DNA of 64,000 nt from Clostridia bacterium (GCA_045654505.1 JAZONM010000009.1:135-64134); one strand, 5' to 3'. Counted from the stretch's first letter, positions 1 to 9,718 are shown. Made by a program: numbers and translations. Notes: a model not told the origin generated them from the letters alone.

Positions 1-515
1 ATAAATATTTTGATTGTAAAACAGGAGAGGAAATTGTTTTTAAGTCTCTTCCTAGCAATAACCCAAGAAAGCTTGATGTTGTTGTTGACAAAACCACTTG
101 CAAAAAAATATATACACAAGATGAACTAGAGACTCCATATGTGCATTCAAAAGGTGTTTTGAGAAATGTTGGTTTTAAAATGAGTCAAGAAGGTGGCAAA
201 AGCGATCCAAGAACTGCTAGATACAAGATATTGTTGCCAAATATATTGCCGATTGAGGGAAGAAAAATATTTGAATTGACTAGTTTTAGCTATACCAAAT
301 ATTTAAAAATTCTTATTCAAAATACATTGCCTTTAGATATGCTTGGAAAATTTGAAGATAAATGCAATAAATTTATTACTCATTCTCATAAATCACGTGC
401 AGAAATTTGTAAGGCAAAATTGAGAAAACAAGAAGAGAACAATAAATCTGTCAATAATCCAAACAATACTAGTAAAAATGTTCATACCATTGAAATGGAC
501 GGACACGTAAAATAA
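1..515 (+). CDS. 3' end of an unidentified protein-coding gene (open to window edge)
   Basis: The frame of the 141..515 ORF stays open back to nt 3 with no stop, so the GTG at 141 is probably internal. Stop at 513-515 is followed by a hairpin/T-run terminator. No family recognised. Confidence 0.4.
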   Translation, partial: KYFDCKTGEEIVFKSLPSNNPRKLDVVVDKTTCKKIYTQDELETPYVHSKGVLRNVGFKMSQEGGKSDPRTARYKILLPNILPIEGRKIFELTSFSYTKYLKILIQNTLPLDMLGKFEDKCNKFITHSHKSRAEICKAKLRKQEENNKSVNNPNNTSKNVHTIEMDGHVK

Positions 516-544
516 GAGTTTTGAAAAAAATCTCTTGGAAAAAG

Positions 545-576
545 AAAGTTTTATCCAATCGATAAAACTTTTTTTG
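545..576 (+). terminator. Rho-independent terminator
   Basis: Stem AAAGTTTTATC / GATAAAACTTT (11 bp) with a 5-nt loop, followed by a T-run. Confidence 0.75.
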
Positions 577-641
577 ATTTTGTATTTAAGTCATGGGAAA
601 AACATATGGCTTTTTTATAGTATAAATTTATTAAAAATCCC

Positions 642-670
642 TTGAAATATTATTATATATATGATAAAAT
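642..670 (+). promoter_or_regulatory. sigmaA-type promoter for rpsB-tsf
   Basis: TTGAAA (642-647), 17-nt spacer, TAAAAT (665-670). This leaves a leader of about 115 nt before rpsB. Confidence 0.5.
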
Positions 671-790
671 ACCTTCGGTTTCAAAGAAACAACTACACAC
701 CATGGTTATATTTTTGCGCTGTTGCCAATGAGATTTGGTGGCGTGAAGAGGTTTAAAAACTGTGGGAGGAATAAAAACAAGGAGGAAAAT

Positions 791-1558
791 ATGTCAGTAA
801 TTTCAATGAAGCAACTACTTGAGGCTGGTGTACATTTCGGACACCAAACTCGCAAATGGAATCCTAAAATGGCTCCATACATTTTCACTGCTAGAAATGA
901 TATTCATATTATCAATCTAGAGGACACAGTGGTTTTGGTTGACAAAGCATACGACTATATTAAAGAGATGGCTAGTCAAGGCAAAACAATCTTGTTTGTT
1001 GGTACTAAAAAACAAGCACAAAAAGCAATCGAGGACGAAGCAAAACGTTGTGGTATGTACTACATCAATTCTCGTTGGCTAGGTGGTACTCTTACCAACT
1101 TCAAAACTATCCGTAGTCGTGTTGAGCGTCTAAACAAACTTAACACTATGGAAAAAGTGGGAGAGTTTAATCTACTTCCAAAGAAAGAAGTAATCAAGCT
1201 TTTGGCTGAGAGAGACAAACTTGAGAAAAACCTTGGCGGTATCAAGGATATGGTAAAACTTCCTGATGTTATGTTTATCGTAGACACTAAGAAAGAACAT
1301 ATCGCTGTAAAAGAAGCAAAAGCTCTTAATATCCCTATCGTAGCTCTTATTGATACAAACTGTGATCCAGAGCCAATTGATTATGTTATCCCTGGCAATG
1401 ACGACGCTATCCGCGCTGTCCAACTTATCGCTGCTGCTATGGCAAATGCTGTAATCGAAGCAAAAGAAGGCGTTGCTCCAGTTCTTAACACTGAAGAGAC
1501 AGAAACTGCTACAGAAGAAGTAGAAGCAACTGCAGCACAACCTGCTGTTGAGGAATAA
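791..1558 (+). CDS. rpsB: 30S ribosomal protein S2
   Basis: N-terminus [27 protein letters not shown] is the S2 signature. GGAGG at 781-785 precedes the ATG at 791; the ORF-track TTG at 722 is upstream extension. Confidence 0.97.
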   Translation: MSVISMKQLLEAGVHFGHQTRKWNPKMAPYIFTARNDIHIINLEDTVVLVDKAYDYIKEMASQGKTILFVGTKKQAQKAIEDEAKRCGMYYINSRWLGGTLTNFKTIRSRVERLNKLNTMEKVGEFNLLPKKEVIKLLAERDKLEKNLGGIKDMVKLPDVMFIVDTKKEHIAVKEAKALNIPIVALIDTNCDPEPIDYVIPGNDDAIRAVQLIAAAMANAVIEAKEGVAPVLNTEETETATEEVEATAAQPAVEE

Positions 1559-1581
1559 TCTAAATTTTAAGGAGAGATATT

Positions 1582-2232
1582 ATGTTTACAACTGAAGATA
1601 TCGTAAAATTAAGAAAACGTACAAATGCTGGTGTAATGGACTGTAAAAAAGCTCTTGTGGAGTCAAATGGTGACTTGGACAAAGCTACTGAATGGCTAAG
1701 AGAAAAAGGTATCGCTGCCGCTGCTAAAAAGGCAGACCGTATCGCTGCTGAGGGTGTTGTTTATTCATACATCCACATGGGCGGAAAAATTGGTGTTTTG
1801 CTTGAAGTAAACTGTGAGACAGACTTCGTAGCTAAGAGTGACAGATTCTTAGAGTTCTGCAAAAACATCGCTCTTCATATTGCTGCTGCAAAACCTGAGT
1901 ACATCACTCGTGAAGAAGTTCCTGCAAATGTACTTGAGAAAGAAAAAGAAATTTTGAGAGCTCAAGCACTTAATGAAGGAAAACCTGAAAAGATTATCGA
2001 GAAAATGGTAGAAGGCCGTATCAAAAAATTCTACGAAGATATGTGTCTAATGGACCAACAATATGTTAAGAATCCAGACCAAACAATTACAGCTCTTCTA
2101 AATGAAGCTATCCTTACTATCGGTGAGAAAATCACTATCCGTCGTTTCACTCGTTACGAGATGGGCGAAGGTCTAGTAAAAAGAAGCGACAATTTCGTAG
2201 AAGAAGTTATGAAACAAACTGGCCAACAATAA
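1582..2232 (+). CDS. tsf: Elongation factor Ts (short, 216-aa form)
   Basis: Has UBA-like N-terminus [34 protein letters not shown] and [23 protein letters not shown]; canonical position after rpsB. Confidence 0.95.
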   Translation: MFTTEDIVKLRKRTNAGVMDCKKALVESNGDLDKATEWLREKGIAAAAKKADRIAAEGVVYSYIHMGGKIGVLLEVNCETDFVAKSDRFLEFCKNIALHIAAAKPEYITREEVPANVLEKEKEILRAQALNEGKPEKIIEKMVEGRIKKFYEDMCLMDQQYVKNPDQTITALLNEAILTIGEKITIRRFTRYEMGEGLVKRSDNFVEEVMKQTGQQ

Positions 2233-2242
2233 TTAGTAGTAA

Positions 2243-2270
2243 ATATCCCATATTTATGGGATATTTTTTT
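2243..2270 (+). terminator. Rho-independent terminator after tsf
   Basis: Stem ATATCCCAT / ATGGGATAT followed by T7. Confidence 0.75.
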
Positions 2271-2322
2271 GTATTTTTTTGGTCACTTATATATAAATAT
2301 AATATTATATCAATTATATTGT

Positions 2323-2351
2323 TTGCCTAAACTTTTTATTTTTAGTAAAAT
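2323..2351 (+). promoter_or_regulatory. sigmaA-type promoter for frr
   Basis: TTGCCT, 17-nt spacer, TAAAAT, about 30 nt upstream of the frr start. Confidence 0.4.
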
Positions 2352-2382
2352 GAATATTAGTAAATTGATAAGGTGGTATAAA

Positions 2383-2952
2383 ATGTACAACGAAGAAGTT
2401 GAGATGTATCTTGATGATATGAAGGGCTCGATTGACAAAGCGGTAGACCATTATGCTGACGAGCTTTTGCAAATCCGAGCTGGTAGAGCCAATCCACGTA
2501 TTGTAGAAAGAGTTATGGTGGATTATTATGGTATTATGACTCCAATTAGCCAAATGGCGACAGTGAGTGTGCCAGAGGCGCGTATGGTGCTTGTAAGTGT
2601 ATGGGATTTGAGTCAATTGAAAAATGTGAGCAAGGCTATCGAGGCTGCAAATCTTGGCGTAAATCCAAGTGACGACGGTCGTGTAATCCGACTTGTTTTT
2701 CCACAACTTACTGAAGAGAGACGTAAAGAACTTTGCAAGGAAGTAAACAAACTTGCTGAGAACACTAAGATTGTAGTGAGAAATGCACGTCGTGATACAT
2801 TGGACGAATTTAAGACAATGAAGAAAAATTCGACAATAACAGAAGACGATTATGATAGACTTGAGAAAGACGTACAAAAAACTATCGACGAAACAATTGC
2901 CAAAATCGATAAGATGTGCGCTACAAAAGAAAAAGATATAATGGAAGTTTAG
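2383..2952 (+). CDS. frr: Ribosome recycling factor
   Basis: Contains LQIRAGRANPRIVERVMVDYYG and VIRLVFPQLTEERRKEL. GGTGG RBS before the ATG at 2383; the 2269 start in the track is an upstream extension through promoter sequence. Confidence 0.95.
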   Translation: MYNEEVEMYLDDMKGSIDKAVDHYADELLQIRAGRANPRIVERVMVDYYGIMTPISQMATVSVPEARMVLVSVWDLSQLKNVSKAIEAANLGVNPSDDGRVIRLVFPQLTEERRKELCKEVNKLAENTKIVVRNARRDTLDEFKTMKKNSTITEDDYDRLEKDVQKTIDETIAKIDKMCATKEKDIMEV

Positions 2953-3021
2953 TAGTAACAAAGTTATACTCGGGTTTATATAAAAGTATATAGGGTTATA
3001 ATTATTTGAAATGGAGAGGGT

Positions 3022-3732
3022 ATGACTAAAGTTTTTTCAAAACTACCAAAACATATAGCATTTATTATTGATGGAAATGGACGTTGGGCAAAAAGGCGTG
3101 GACTTCCTCGTATGTTTGGGCATAGAGCTGGTATTGAGACATTGAAAGAAAATATTGTTGAGTGTCGCAATCTTGGTATCGATGTTGTGAGTGTTTTTGG
3201 ATTTTCTACTGAAAACTGGAATCGTCCTCAGCCTGAGCTTGATGGACTATTTAATTTATTTGAAGAGTTTTTTAAAAATGAAACTATAGATTTTATGGGT
3301 CTTGGAATTAAAGTTAGGATAATGGGAGATTATACCAAATTTCCTCAGCATCTTGTGGATAATGCCAAAGCTCTGATTGAGCGCACCAAAAACAATGATA
3401 AAATGGTGCTAAATATGGGTATCAATTATGGCGGGCATGATGATATCTTACATGCTGTCAATAATATGATAAAAGATGGCGTGAAAGATGTCGACAAAGC
3501 GACAATGGAAAGCTATCTGTATACAAGTGGCTTGCCAGCACCTGACTTTGTGGTTAGGACAAGTGGTGAGCTTCGTATAAGTAATTTTATGCTTTGGCAA
3601 ATGGCTTATAGCGAATTGTATTTTCCAAAGACATTGTGGCCAGATTTTCACAAAAAAGATTTGTATAAGGCTTTGAAAAGTTATCAAAAGAGAAATCGCC
3701 GTTATGGCGCTATAAAGGAAGATAAAAAATGA
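3022..3732 (+). CDS. uppS: Undecaprenyl (isoprenyl) diphosphate synthase
   Basis: Has HIAFIIDGNGRWAKRRGLPR, the FSTENWNRP motif and ELRISNFMLWQMAYSELYF. Confidence 0.95.
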   Translation: MTKVFSKLPKHIAFIIDGNGRWAKRRGLPRMFGHRAGIETLKENIVECRNLGIDVVSVFGFSTENWNRPQPELDGLFNLFEEFFKNETIDFMGLGIKVRIMGDYTKFPQHLVDNAKALIERTKNNDKMVLNMGINYGGHDDILHAVNNMIKDGVKDVDKATMESYLYTSGLPAPDFVVRTSGELRISNFMLWQMAYSELYFPKTLWPDFHKKDLYKALKSYQKRNRRYGAIKEDKK

Positions 3733-4676
3733 AAAAGAGATTAATAACAGGTGTATTCTTTGTATTGGCATTGGTAGTTTTGTTTTTCTCAAGACTGCTT
3801 ACTCTTTATGTATTTGACCTAGCGATTGCTGGACTTGCTGTTATGGCATGTGTTGAGATTGCTAGAGCACTTGAAAGAAGTAAAAAATATACTCACATAG
3901 CAATTGCGGGTAGTATCCCTGCGGTAATGTATATTGTCTTTGTAATATTTAAAGAAAAAGGCTTTACATGGCAATATTATATAGTAGGACTTCTTGGAAT
4001 TTTAGTGTTGTATTTCTTTGTTATTTTCCTACTTACACTTATACTTAAAAATACTACAAAAAATGAGATGGAAAAGTACGGTCTAAAAGATGTAAAACCT
4101 TCTTTATATGCTTTCGAAAAAGCCTTTAATTCATTGTTTTTAGTATTTTATCCAAGTATTTTATTTATGGGCCTTGTAGCTCTAAATCATTTGGGCGAAT
4201 TACCTATAATGTCAGGAGTAAAAGTGGGCACTGACTCATTTGTACTATTTACTTTGCTTCTTGCATTTGTAGTTACAATTTCTACAGACACAATGGCATA
4301 TCTTGTAGGTTCGTCTCTTCGTGGACCAAAACTTTGCCCACGCATCAGCCCCAACAAAACAATAAGCGGTGCTGTAGGTGGTTTGTTTGGTGGTATAGTG
4401 AGCGCTCTTTCATTGTATTTGATTTTCACAACAAATGAGAGTTTTATGCTTACTTTTGGTGCTATCGGAGCTAGTGTATGGCATATAGTATTACTAGGCG
4501 TTTTGGGTTCTGTAATAACTCAGGCGGGAGACCTTATTGCGAGTGCACTTAAGCGTCATGCAAGAATTAAGGATTACGGCACAATTTTCCCTGGACACGG
4601 TGGTGTTATGGATAGAGTGGACGGGCTTATCTTTAATGCTTTCTTTATATTTATTGTAATGTTGATTATTATTTAG
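3729..4676 (+). CDS. cdsA: Phosphatidate cytidylyltransferase
   Basis: Polytopic membrane protein with C-terminal CTP-transferase signature SALKRHARIKDYGTIFPGHGGVMDRVD. ATGA overlap with the uppS stop. Confidence 0.85.
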   Translation: MKKRLITGVFFVLALVVLFFSRLLTLYVFDLAIAGLAVMACVEIARALERSKKYTHIAIAGSIPAVMYIVFVIFKEKGFTWQYYIVGLLGILVLYFFVIFLLTLILKNTTKNEMEKYGLKDVKPSLYAFEKAFNSLFLVFYPSILFMGLVALNHLGELPIMSGVKVGTDSFVLFTLLLAFVVTISTDTMAYLVGSSLRGPKLCPRISPNKTISGAVGGLFGGIVSALSLYLIFTTNESFMLTFGAIGASVWHIVLLGVLGSVITQAGDLIASALKRHARIKDYGTIFPGHGGVMDRVDGLIFNAFFIFIVMLIII

Positions 4677-4685
4677 GAGATTGTT

Positions 4686-5789
4686 TTGATATCACTTCTT
4701 GGTAGTTTTGTTGATGTTTTGTCGACTATCGGTTTTGTGCTTCTTGCCATCGTGATTTTGATGGTTATGATTACAATACACGAGTTTGGTCACTACACAG
4801 CAGGCAAATTATTTAAATTTAAAATATACGAGTTTTCGATAGGTTTCGGTAAGGCCTTATACAAAAAAACAAAGAAGAATGGCGAGATTTTTGCCATTCG
4901 TCTTATTCCTCTTGGTGGTTATTGTGCATTTGGTGAAGACGAAGAGAGTGATGAGCCTGATGCTTTCAATAATCAAGCATGGTGGAAAAGAGTAATAGTG
5001 CTTGCAAGCGGTGCTTTATTTAATTTTATATCCGCAATTTTCTTCTGTGTCATTCTGCTTGCAGTCGTAGGAAAAGGTTATTCACAAATAACTTCCGTTT
5101 CAGAAAATACCAACAACCAACTTATGGTAGGTGACGTAGTCACACATGTTGATGGAGAAAGATGTACCTTTATAAATGGTGGTTTTAGAATTTTGACCAA
5201 AGATATTGATGACGGCACTACCAAAATTGTACTTACTGTAGAAAGAGTTGTGGACGGAGAAAAACAAAAACTTGAAATTCCTGTATATAAGACACTTCTA
5301 CAAACCACAGATGAAAATGGTGACTTGGAGTTTAATGAAGACGGAACTCCAAAAATGACATATCAGATTGGAGTCACTAGCGACTATTACAATTATTCAT
5401 TCGGTATGTCCTTACTTAAAGCGATTCCTTTTGCATTTGAATTTGCTTGGGAATGTATAGTTATTATTGGAAAACTTTTGATTGGTCAATATGGTCTAAA
5501 AGAATTGGGCGGACCTGTCACAACTGTTAGTATGATAGCAGATGCTGGAAAAGCGGGCATGATAAATCTACTTTTACTTATTCCGCTTATTGCCGTCAAT
5601 CTTGCGGTGTTTAATTTACTGCCAATTCCAGCGCTCGATGGTGCACGAATAGTTTTTGTGCTTATTGAGGCTATTAGGCGAAAACCTATAAATAGAGACT
5701 TAGAAGCAAAAATACATCTTGGGGGAATAATCGTATTATTTACACTTGTAATAATAGTCGACATACTGCAGATGTTTGTATTTAGGTAG
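4686..5789 (+). CDS. rseP: RIP (site-2) zinc metalloprotease RseP/YluC family
   Basis: HEFGH zinc motif in TM1 and C-terminal NLLPIPALDG motif. TTG start; syntenic position after cdsA. Confidence 0.85.
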   Translation: MISLLGSFVDVLSTIGFVLLAIVILMVMITIHEFGHYTAGKLFKFKIYEFSIGFGKALYKKTKKNGEIFAIRLIPLGGYCAFGEDEESDEPDAFNNQAWWKRVIVLASGALFNFISAIFFCVILLAVVGKGYSQITSVSENTNNQLMVGDVVTHVDGERCTFINGGFRILTKDIDDGTTKIVLTVERVVDGEKQKLEIPVYKTLLQTTDENGDLEFNEDGTPKMTYQIGVTSDYYNYSFGMSLLKAIPFAFEFAWECIVIIGKLLIGQYGLKELGGPVTTVSMIADAGKAGMINLLLLIPLIAVNLAVFNLLPIPALDGARIVFVLIEAIRRKPINRDLEAKIHLGGIIVLFTLVIIVDILQMFVFR

Positions 5790-5794
5790 GTACT

Positions 5795-7351
5795 ATGGAA
5801 AAACTTCTTGATTATATAAATAAACAAACCAACAACACTTACAGGTATCTAAAACTTGTAAGTGTTGTTTATGATAAGGATAGTGGAGTTAGTACATTTC
5901 GTTTTATATACGAAAATTGTCTTATGACACAAGCCAATAAAGACCAACTTATCGCACTTATTACTAAGTTTTACAATAATGAATTAAAAGTAGATGTAAA
6001 ATTAAAAAGATCATATCTTGATGATGATGTTATTAGAGAGTGGGTGTACAAGTATCTCCTAGAAAATTGTGCTGTTCTTACCAATTTTAATAAAAAAGAC
6101 ATTGATGTATCAATCTCTGAAAAAAACGTTTTGATTACTATCGTATTGGTCAAAGAAGTTTATGATTATTTCAATAGTATCGGTATGGATAAAAAAATTC
6201 AGACTGAGTGTGATAAAAATTTCTTTGGTGTGTTTAAGGTTTTGTTTAGCGAAATTGAAAACGAGACATTTGAGGATATTCTTGTCAAAAAAGAACGTGA
6301 GATAAATAATATGTACCTTGAGGAAGAAAAAGGGACTTCAAATTATTCGGTTGAGCATTACAAACATGTACTTGGTCCTGAGTGCAAAAATGATATTACA
6401 CCAATTAAGGCGATAAAAGGACCTGTCGAGCATATAGAGGTAGGCGGAAAAGTGCATTATATGCTAAAAAAGACATACATGAAGAAGACAAAAGATAATG
6501 AAGTCGGAGAGGAAAAACCATTTTATAAGTTTGCGCTAAAATATGATGATGCTACCATCAATTGTACATATTTTCCGACAAAGATTGATGGTGACAAAAT
6601 AGAAGATGAAGTGCAAGACGGTGACGAGATAATTGCTGTGGGCAGTGTAGAGTCATACAATGGTAATATAAGCCTTAGAGTAAGGGGTATATCCCAATGT
6701 GTACTTCCAAAAATTGAAGTGAAAGAAGTGGGGCAAAAGGAATGTCCTAAAGAATATGTTTTTGTAAAACCAGAGGATTATGTCAATCCCGTACAAGCCA
6801 ATTTCTTACTGGAGGAAAGGCCTGTAAATGCATTCTTGGCACAAAATGATGTTGTGGTATTTGACTTTGAGACTACAGGACTTGACCACCAAACTTGCGA
6901 GATTATCGAAATAGGTGCGGTGAAAATCAAAAATGGAAAACTAGCCGAGACTTTTTCCACTTTTGTTAAGCCAAAATCGACCATCAGTGAAGAAATAACA
7001 AGCATCACAAGTATTACTAATGAGATGGTAAAAGATGCACCATCTATTGCTGAGGTTTTGCCTGATTTTTATAAATTTTGTCATGATTGTGTTATTGTTG
7101 CATACAATATTGATTTTGACTATAAATTCCTAAATTTTGCAGGCACAAAATTGGGTTATAAATTTACAAATAGGCAAGTAGATGCGCTGTATCTTGCTCG
7201 TCTTAATGTAAAAGGTGCCAAGACTTTCAATCTTAAAAGTATTGCTACTCGTCTTGGTGTAAGTCTTGACAATGCACATAGAGCAATAAATGACGCTATT
7301 GCTACAGCTGAAGTTTTGTTGCTTATAAGCGACAATGTTTCGCCAAATTAA
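5795..7351 (+). CDS. PolC-like N-terminal domain + OB fold + DEDDh 3'-5' exonuclease, no polymerase core
   Basis: C-terminal Exo motifs VVVFDFETTGLD, VAYNIDFDYKFL and AHRAINDAIATAEVL. The central segment GKVHYM...YKFALKYDDATINCTYFP...GDEIIAVGSVESYNGNISLRVRGIS resembles the PolC OB insert. The gene lies in the slot where polC is found in Bacillus. Confidence 0.6.
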   Translation: MEKLLDYINKQTNNTYRYLKLVSVVYDKDSGVSTFRFIYENCLMTQANKDQLIALITKFYNNELKVDVKLKRSYLDDDVIREWVYKYLLENCAVLTNFNKKDIDVSISEKNVLITIVLVKEVYDYFNSIGMDKKIQTECDKNFFGVFKVLFSEIENETFEDILVKKEREINNMYLEEEKGTSNYSVEHYKHVLGPECKNDITPIKAIKGPVEHIEVGGKVHYMLKKTYMKKTKDNEVGEEKPFYKFALKYDDATINCTYFPTKIDGDKIEDEVQDGDEIIAVGSVESYNGNISLRVRGISQCVLPKIEVKEVGQKECPKEYVFVKPEDYVNPVQANFLLEERPVNAFLAQNDVVVFDFETTGLDHQTCEIIEIGAVKIKNGKLAETFSTFVKPKSTISEEITSITSITNEMVKDAPSIAEVLPDFYKFCHDCVIVAYNIDFDYKFLNFAGTKLGYKFTNRQVDALYLARLNVKGAKTFNLKSIATRLGVSLDNAHRAINDAIATAEVLLLISDNVSPN

Positions 7352-7427
7352 ACCATATTTTAATATATTTTTGGTTTTTATGAAGTAAAGTTTTGTTATA
7401 TATTTGGTTTATCAATGCTAAAAAGTA

Positions 7428-7456
7428 TTGATTTTACAAATAATATATGATATATT
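7428..7456 (+). promoter_or_regulatory. sigmaA-type promoter of the rimP-nusA-infB operon
   Basis: TTGATT, 17-nt spacer, TATATT. Confidence 0.5.
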
Positions 7457-7481
7457 ATTTATAACTAAAATAAATTATGCT

Positions 7482-7509
7482 AAAGTGGATTTTTAATAAA
7501 TCCACTTTT
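7482..7509 (+). terminator. Leader hairpin/attenuator upstream of rimP
   Basis: Perfect 11-bp stem AAAGTGGATTT / AAATCCACTTT with a 5-nt loop and a short U tract. It lies between the promoter and the rimP RBS. Confidence 0.55.
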
Positions 7510-7531
7510 CAATTTGTTAAGGAGATTTTAT

Positions 7532-8002
7532 ATGAAAGGAAAAGTAGTAGATAAATGTTTTTCGGTTGTGGAAGACATTGTATCAAATCTTGGATACGTA
7601 CTAGTGGATGTCGAGTATAAAAAACAACACTCAGGTATGGTATTGGAGATTGTTATTGATAAGGACGGCGGAGTCAATATCAATGATTGTGAGAAGGTTT
7701 CTCGTGCTCTTGACAAACCACTTGACGATATTGACCCTACTAATGGCGGGGCTTATAGTCTAAATGTTTCGTCAATGGGACTTGATAGACCGATTGTAAC
7801 TGAGTATCAATTTGCAAAATATTGTGATAAAGAAATTGAAGTAAAATTTTACGAAACGCAAAAACCTTACAATAAGAAGAATCTTATAGGTCTTCTTAAG
7901 GCATGGGACGATGAGTCGGTTACTCTTGCTCTTGAGGACAAAACGAATGTAAATTTACCAAGAAAAATAATTGCACAAATAGTGCCAGTAATTAAATTTT
8001 AG
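7532..8002 (+). CDS. rimP: Ribosome maturation factor RimP
   Basis: AAGGAG RBS precedes the ATG at 7532. Size and position immediately upstream of nusA fit RimP; contains LEIVIDKDGGVNINDCEKVSRAL and IEVKF. Confidence 0.9.
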   Translation: MKGKVVDKCFSVVEDIVSNLGYVLVDVEYKKQHSGMVLEIVIDKDGGVNINDCEKVSRALDKPLDDIDPTNGGAYSLNVSSMGLDRPIVTEYQFAKYCDKEIEVKFYETQKPYNKKNLIGLLKAWDDESVTLALEDKTNVNLPRKIIAQIVPVIKF

Positions 8003-8012
8003 GAGAAAATAA

Positions 8013-9149
8013 ATGATAAACAAGGACTTTTTTCAAGCATTAAACGATTTACAAGAACAAAAGGGTATCGATAAAGACTACTTTATTGAGGCATTAGAAG
8101 CTGCACTTACAAGCGCATATAAAAAACACATTGGTGAGGCTAAGAGTGCTGTTGTGAAACTAAACCCTGAGAAAAACTCAATCAGAGTATATTCTTACAA
8201 GACTATTGTTGAAGAGGTGGAGGATCCAGATAAAGAGATTAGTCTTGCCGAGGCAAAAACTATTAAAAAGAGTTATAAAATCGGCGATACTATCCAACAA
8301 GAAGAGACTCCAAAGAATTTTGGTCGTATAGCAGCCCAAACAGCAAAACAAGTTGTTATGCAAAGATTGAGAGAGGCTGAGCGCGGTCAAATCATGAGTG
8401 AAGTAAGTAGCAAGCAAGACGAACTTGTAACTGTAATAGTACGTCGTATGGAAGGTGATAATGTATATTGCGATATGGGCATGACTCAAGTCGAAGGTGT
8501 ACTTGGTCCTAATGACCGTATTCCTGGTGAGACTTATGCACCTAATACACGTATTAAAGTACTTGTAAGATCAGTAAAAGAGTCTTACAATATGCCTTAT
8601 GTCCAACTTTCTCGTACAAGCCCAAATTTCGTAAGAAAATTGTTCGAACTTGAAGTACCAGAAGTTGTGAGTGAAGATGTTATTATCAAAAATATCGTAA
8701 GAGAAGCAGGCTATCGTACAAAAATTGCAGTATACTCCAAAAACCCTAATCTTGACTGTGTAGGCGCTTGTGTAGGTAATAAGGGTATGCGTGTTAATGC
8801 GATAGTAAACGAACTTAATGGCGAAAAAATTGATATCGTACTATATAGTGAAAATCCAGCTGAGTTTATTTCAGCAGCACTTAGTCCAGCGACTGTACTT
8901 CATGTAGAACTTAATCACAATGAAAAATCATGCTTGGCTGTTGTGCCTGATGACAAATTGTCACTTGCTATTGGTAAGAGTGGTCAAAATGTAAGACTTG
9001 CTGCTCGTCTTACAGGCTGGAAGATAGATGTTAAGGCTAAGAGTGTTGTGCCTTCATTCGACCTTAATGATGAAGAATTTGATGATGAAGAAACTACTAG
9101 TTATGACAATCTATTTGATGAAGAAGATGCATTTGGAGATCTAAATTAA
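8013..9149 (+). CDS. nusA: Transcription termination/antitermination factor NusA
   Basis: S1 and two KH domains are recognisable (GACVGNKGMRVNAIVNELNGEKIDI; LSLAIGKSGQNVRLAARLTGWKIDV). Confidence 0.97.
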   Translation: MINKDFFQALNDLQEQKGIDKDYFIEALEAALTSAYKKHIGEAKSAVVKLNPEKNSIRVYSYKTIVEEVEDPDKEISLAEAKTIKKSYKIGDTIQQEETPKNFGRIAAQTAKQVVMQRLREAERGQIMSEVSSKQDELVTVIVRRMEGDNVYCDMGMTQVEGVLGPNDRIPGETYAPNTRIKVLVRSVKESYNMPYVQLSRTSPNFVRKLFELEVPEVVSEDVIIKNIVREAGYRTKIAVYSKNPNLDCVGACVGNKGMRVNAIVNELNGEKIDIVLYSENPAEFISAALSPATVLHVELNHNEKSCLAVVPDDKLSLAIGKSGQNVRLAARLTGWKIDVKAKSVVPSFDLNDEEFDDEETTSYDNLFDEEDAFGDLN

Positions 9150-9421
9150 TGAAAAAAACACCCGTGCGTATGTGTATTGCTTGTAGGGAAATGAAATCTA
9201 AAAATGATATGTTGAGGGTTGTGCTTATGCCTGACCACTCGACATACCAATTGGATGAAAGTGGAAAACTTAATGGTCGTGGTGCATATATTTGTAATGA
9301 CCATGATTGCATTGAAAAAGCTATCAGATCAAAACTTCTAAATCGAGCTTTCAAAAACAATGTTGGAACTGAGATTTATGAAGAGATTAAGGAGAAAAAT
9401 CTTGCAAAGAGAGAAAATTAA
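9149..9421 (+). CDS. ylxR: YlxR/RnpM family RNA-binding protein (DUF448)
   Basis: Contains RMCIACREMKSKNDMLRVV and GRGAYIC. TAATG overlap with the nusA stop. Confidence 0.85.
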   Translation: MKKTPVRMCIACREMKSKNDMLRVVLMPDHSTYQLDESGKLNGRGAYICNDHDCIEKAIRSKLLNRAFKNNVGTEIYEEIKEKNLAKREN

Positions 9422-9716
9422 GAGTTATCTTGGTTTTGCTATAAAGGGCAGAAAAATACTTTTTGGACTTGATAATATTGAGGGATATAGAAAAGAAATT
9501 TATCTTATTATCATAGGCAACAACCTAACTGAAAAGAATGAAAATAAAATGATGAGGCTTGCAAGTCGACTTAATTGTGCTTTAATTAAACTGGATGAGA
9601 ATTTTGGCGATTTGATTGATAGACCTACGTGCAAACTTTGTGCACTTACTGATTTAAACTTGAGTAAGGGCATAGTCGCATTAAATGAAGGAATTATTTT
9701 TAAAGGGGAAATATAA
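9402..9716 (+). CDS. ylxQ: L7Ae/L30e-family RNA-binding protein YlxQ
   Basis: The position between ylxR and infB fits YlxQ; contains GFAIKGRKILFG. I prefer the TTG at 9402, 7 nt after AAGGAG, over the in-frame ATGs at 9360/9378, which overlap ylxR more deeply. Confidence 0.65.
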   Translation: MQREKIKSYLGFAIKGRKILFGLDNIEGYRKEIYLIIIGNNLTEKNENKMMRLASRLNCALIKLDENFGDLIDRPTCKLCALTDLNLSKGIVALNEGIIFKGEI

Positions 9717-9718
9717 TC

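Noticed and set aside
141-515. The 124-aa ORF treated as a complete gene starting at the GTG at 141
   Set aside because: The same frame is open without stops back to nt 3, so this is most likely the C-terminal part of a longer gene that starts before the window. I report it only as a partial CDS.
671-790. The 115-nt rpsB leader as a possible S2-autoregulatory RNA structure
   Set aside because: I could find only short, weak hairpins (GTTTC-AAA-GAAAC; CCAA-N6-TTGG). I recognised nothing resembling a conserved leader motif and cannot support a call without a covariance-model search.
2314-2961. Long antisense ORFs opposite well-supported genes. Examples: 2314-2961 (opposite frr), 10757-11446 (infB), 25680-26306 (recN), 36027-36548 (scpA/B), 54243-54713 (spoVAE), 39897-40352 (rluB/cmk).
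   Set aside because: All lie entirely inside or across confidently identified genes on the other strand. Their composition is Phe/Ile/Leu/Ser/Cys-rich, typical of AT-rich antisense frames, and they lack SD sequences.
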